Shown here: positions 63,970-64,000 of the stretch, piece after piece | Position numbering within the stretch: position 1 is the first letter of the stretch | Layout: each line of letters opens with the position of its first letter | Origin: an uncultured Solirubrobacteraceae bacterium | GTDB lineage: Bacteria; Actinomycetota; Thermoleophilia; Solirubrobacterales; Solirubrobacteraceae | Length of the DNA stretch: 64,000 bases | Direction of reading: 5' to 3' | NCBI GenBank assembly: GCA_964588985.1 | Contig: CAZPQW010000005.1 | Coordinates: 64,001 to 128,000 of the forward strand | Notes under the pieces: model-generated | Database searches by the model: none | Seen by the model: only the letters and a program-made list of their open reading frames with translations | Told to the model about the DNA's origin: nothing | Translations under genes and position numbers: made by a program

Positions 63970-64000
63970 TCGATCGCGAAGCCCGGACCGAAGAGCTCCT
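63966..64000 (-). CDS. 3' end of upstream gene, probably the CD-NTase
   Basis: Ends ...ELFGPGFAIE-stop overlapping HORMA GTG; resembles the xxFGxxF tail of CdnC-like enzymes; only 10 residues visible. Confidence 0.5.
   Translation of the reverse strand, partial: ELFGPGFAIE

Larger units (their letters stand above)
58935..64000. mobile_element. Integrated defence island extending beyond the window
   Basis: tRNA 3' duplicate, adjacent inverted repeats, TA and CBASS-like cargo; integrase not in window. Confidence 0.65.

Overview
High-GC (~70%) actinobacterial DNA. Gene content, leaderless TANNNT promoters and a characteristic secreted repeat-protein family suggest Thermoleophilia/Solirubrobacterales (inference). 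1-28 kb: a monoderm flagellar cluster (fliR to flgB, fliT/S/D, flaG, a TPR-glycosyltransferase, fliA, flgF/G/J/N/K/L, fliW, csrA) with eight sigma-28-type promoters and no flagellin in the window. 28-34 kb: two secreted proteins and the MurL/MurD2 alternative D-Glu peptidoglycan route. 33.9-43.7 kb is the highlight. A 73-nt tRNA (40171-40243, minus strand) has anticodon UAA but a short class-I variable loop. It sits 30 nt upstream of an arginyl-tRNA-synthetase paralogue whose Arg-binding and tRNA-Arg-recognition residues appear substituted. The same operon continues with ADC synthase, GNAT, deacetylase, ADC mutase and a BacA-like decarboxylase, and an atypical P450, an MbtG-like N-hydroxylase and an LmbU regulator lie next to it. 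The layout resembles a pyrrolysine-style cassette (dedicated tRNA, synthetase and amino-acid biosynthesis), possibly for a non-canonical amino acid read at the rare TTA codon; this is a hypothesis. 43.8-53.1 kb: metabolic genes. 53.1-58.9 kb: accessory patch (pseudogene, AAA ATPase, AT-rich tandem repeat, NHL protein). 58.9-64 kb: end of an element integrated at tRNA-Phe, carrying an AbiE toxin-antitoxin pair with a WYL-fused toxin and a type III CBASS-like operon (HORMA, TRIP13, SLOG-TIR/NDT effector; CD-NTase cut by the window edge). All assignments come from reading motifs by eye; no searches were run.
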